DNA of 64,000 nt, taken from Felis catus. Taxonomy: Eukaryota. Shown here piece by piece: positions 62,181-64,000 of the stretch. Under the pieces are notes generated by a model. The model saw nothing but the letters and a program-made list of their open reading frames with translations. It was not told where the DNA came from and ran no database searches. Position 1 is the first letter of the stretch. Each line of letters starts with the position of its first letter. The position numbers and the translations under genes were made by a program. The DNA is taken from the NCBI RefSeq assembly GCF_018350175.1, contig NC_058383.1, positions 3,906,001 through 3,970,000 of the forward strand, in the 5' to 3' direction.

Positions 62181-62395
62181 GGGGCGCCTGGGTGGCTCAG
62201 TCGGTGGGTGTCCGACTTCCGCTCAGGTCATGATCTCACGGTTCGTGAGTTCGAGCCTCGCGTCAGGCTCTGTGCTGACAGCTCAGAGCCTGGGGCCTGG
62301 TTCAGAGTCTGTGTCTCCCCCTCTCTCTGCCCCTCCCCTGCTCGCACTCTGTCTCTCTCTCAAAAATAAAGTAAACATTAAAAAAAAAAAAAAAA
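62181..62395 (+). mobile_element. Can-SINE (SINEC_Fc type), antisense to RADIL and close to the exon 2 donor
   Basis: Full element with A tail; TSD aagtcctca at 62171-62179 and 62396-62404. Confidence 0.93.
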
Positions 62396-62508
62396 AAGTC
62401 CTCAGACGCCACGACAGACGAGTTTTCCCCCAAATGGATCCTGAGCCTCTGCCTTTTCATTCTCCCCTGACCAGCCCCTGCTCTTCCTGAACCTTCTCTC
62501 CTTCTCAC

Positions 62509-63043
62509 CTGCCGTCATGGTGTCCACGTCCTTGGCTGCCAGCTCTTCCACGTCTGACCTCTTTCTCAGCTCAAACCTCCGGGACAAGCCCTCGCGGGGT
62601 TTCCATAATTCCTGGATCAGGAGGGGCTTCTCGTTGTCCCCAAACACCCGAAAGCCTTCGGCCCGCCACTGCTGCCCAGAGTCGCCGGCCTGGCCCACCA
62701 CGTCGCACAGCACGTACTGGCTGGCGCACTCGGGGCTCAGGGCATAGCGCTCCAGGGCCTCCTTCACCAGCTCCTGGGCGCTGGACGTGCCCGTGGCCAG
62801 GACGCTTTTGTAGTGGGTGCCCGAGCAGACGCTGTCCCCGAACACCTTCAGGACCCCGGGGGCCGAGAGCTGGGTGGAGAGCTCCGCGGGGTCGTCGCTG
62901 GCGCCCAGGCTGGAAAAGGTGGTGTCCAGGTCGCGGTACTTGTAGCTCAGCGTCCGGGACAGCACGCTGGACAGCAGCTGGCTCTGCCGCTTTAGCTTGC
63001 TCTTGGTGGGTGGAGACATGATGAAGTGGGTCCCATAAAACAT
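62509..63043 (-). CDS. RADIL: RADIL first coding exon (exon 2 by human convention); N-terminus and Ras-association (RA) domain
   Basis: Translates MFYGTHFIMSPPTKSKLKRQSQLLSSVLSRTLSYKYRDLD...PGVLKVFGDSVCSGTHYKSVLATG...RRFELRKRSDVEELAAKDVDTMTA, which I recognise as RADIL. Kozak GCCCACCATG; donor AG|GTGAGA; 535 coding nt, phase 1. Confidence 0.96.
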
Positions 63044-63107
63044 GGTGGGCCAGCCTTCATGGACAAGGACCGACGGCTCTGGCCGATGGCAGGGTAAAGG
63101 CCGTGTC
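63044..63107 (-). other. RADIL: 5' UTR part of RADIL exon 2
   Basis: Acceptor gtttttctctcag|GACACGG with the AG at 63108-63109, 64 nt upstream of the ATG. Implies a non-coding exon 1 to the right of the window. Confidence 0.75.
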
Positions 63108-64000
63108 CTGAGAGAAAAACGTAAGGCGGGTTAGCATCAACCATCATGAGCGACAAGAGGGAGCGAGGCTCGGCCACCCGGGGCCCGGGGCCGCAACGGA
63201 GCCGAGGGCATGCTACCTTCGGCCAAGTCTCCCCCTCACCCCCCCACCAAGCACCTGAGGCAGAATATGACCACAACCAGCAGGGACTGCAAGGAACTAA
63301 GCAGGTCTGAATGGCCCGAAGCACCCTTCAAGGAAAGCCGTTTCCAGGAAGCACGATGAGGTCACCAAAAGGTAAGACACACTCGGCTGCAGGGTTCTGG
63401 GCACATGCGTCCTGCACGGTAGGCAGCCAAGAAAGAGGGGCAGCGGGCGTGGGGATGAGAGCGCTTGCTTGCCTGGCAGAATCGCCACAGGGCTGGCCAG
63501 GTCTCGTGGGAGGCAGCCCACGGAGGGCAGCAAGCCTGATCTCCCAAGCCCAGCCTCTCCGCCACCGCAGCGTCTAACACGGGAAATTCATCGCAAGCAC
63601 GTGGATATGGGAAAACAGGCAAAGTCGCAGGCACGTTAACAGAGTGGTAAGTGATCAGACATGCAAAACACAGACACCCCCCCCCCAAAATGCTGTCCCT
63701 CACTGGCCCTTGCCTGGCCCTACAACGTCCACACGACCACAGGGGACACAAAAGGGCTCTTCCAGAACCAGGGGAGGCATGACTGGAATGTATGCATTCC
63801 ACCCACCGCATCCAGCCTGGTATTCAGGCCCTGTCCAGGCCACAGATGCAATCTTGCTGGGGAAATTAGAAAACAGCTCTGGGACACTTCGGTGTGTCTA
63901 AAAATCCTCCATCCAAAGCCCCTAGAGCTCGAAGGGTCTGAGAATTCTAAAGAGATATTTGCCAGGCTCTCCCGCAAGCACTGTAGGGAGCAGGAAGGCA

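Overview
Mammalian genomic DNA, almost certainly a felid, judging by about 20 Can-SINEs of the SINEC_Fc type with target-site duplications. The window holds most of RADIL (Ras-associating and dilute domain protein) on the minus strand. I could reconstruct 13 coding exons with GT-AG boundaries, from the start codon at 63043 to position 118; the non-coding first exon and the last coding exon lie outside the window. Nested in its 38 kb second intron, on the same strand, is the intact intronless retrogene PAPOLB (testis poly(A) polymerase beta; ATG 50630, stop 48705), with its own CpG-island promoter and a long 3' UTR. The rest is SINEs, decayed L1/L2/MIR/MaLR/MER elements, a G-rich minisatellite and a long purine tract. 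Most ORFs in the supplied track are GC-content or repeat artefacts. I see no evidence for a wholly new biological system. The best second-look items are: (1) a +1 frameshift in RADIL exon 12 that would remove the PDZ domain (assembly error or real allele); (2) the decayed PAPOLA C-terminus after the PAPOLB stop codon; (3) two uORFs in the PAPOLB leader; (4) PAPOLB apparently splitting an ancient L1 whose flank has become CpG-rich; (5) a candidate internal RADIL promoter giving an isoform without the RA domain; (6) a strong AT-to-GC drift in old repeats. Comparisons with human proteins and repeat consensus sequences are from memory, not from searches. Repeat boundaries are approximate.
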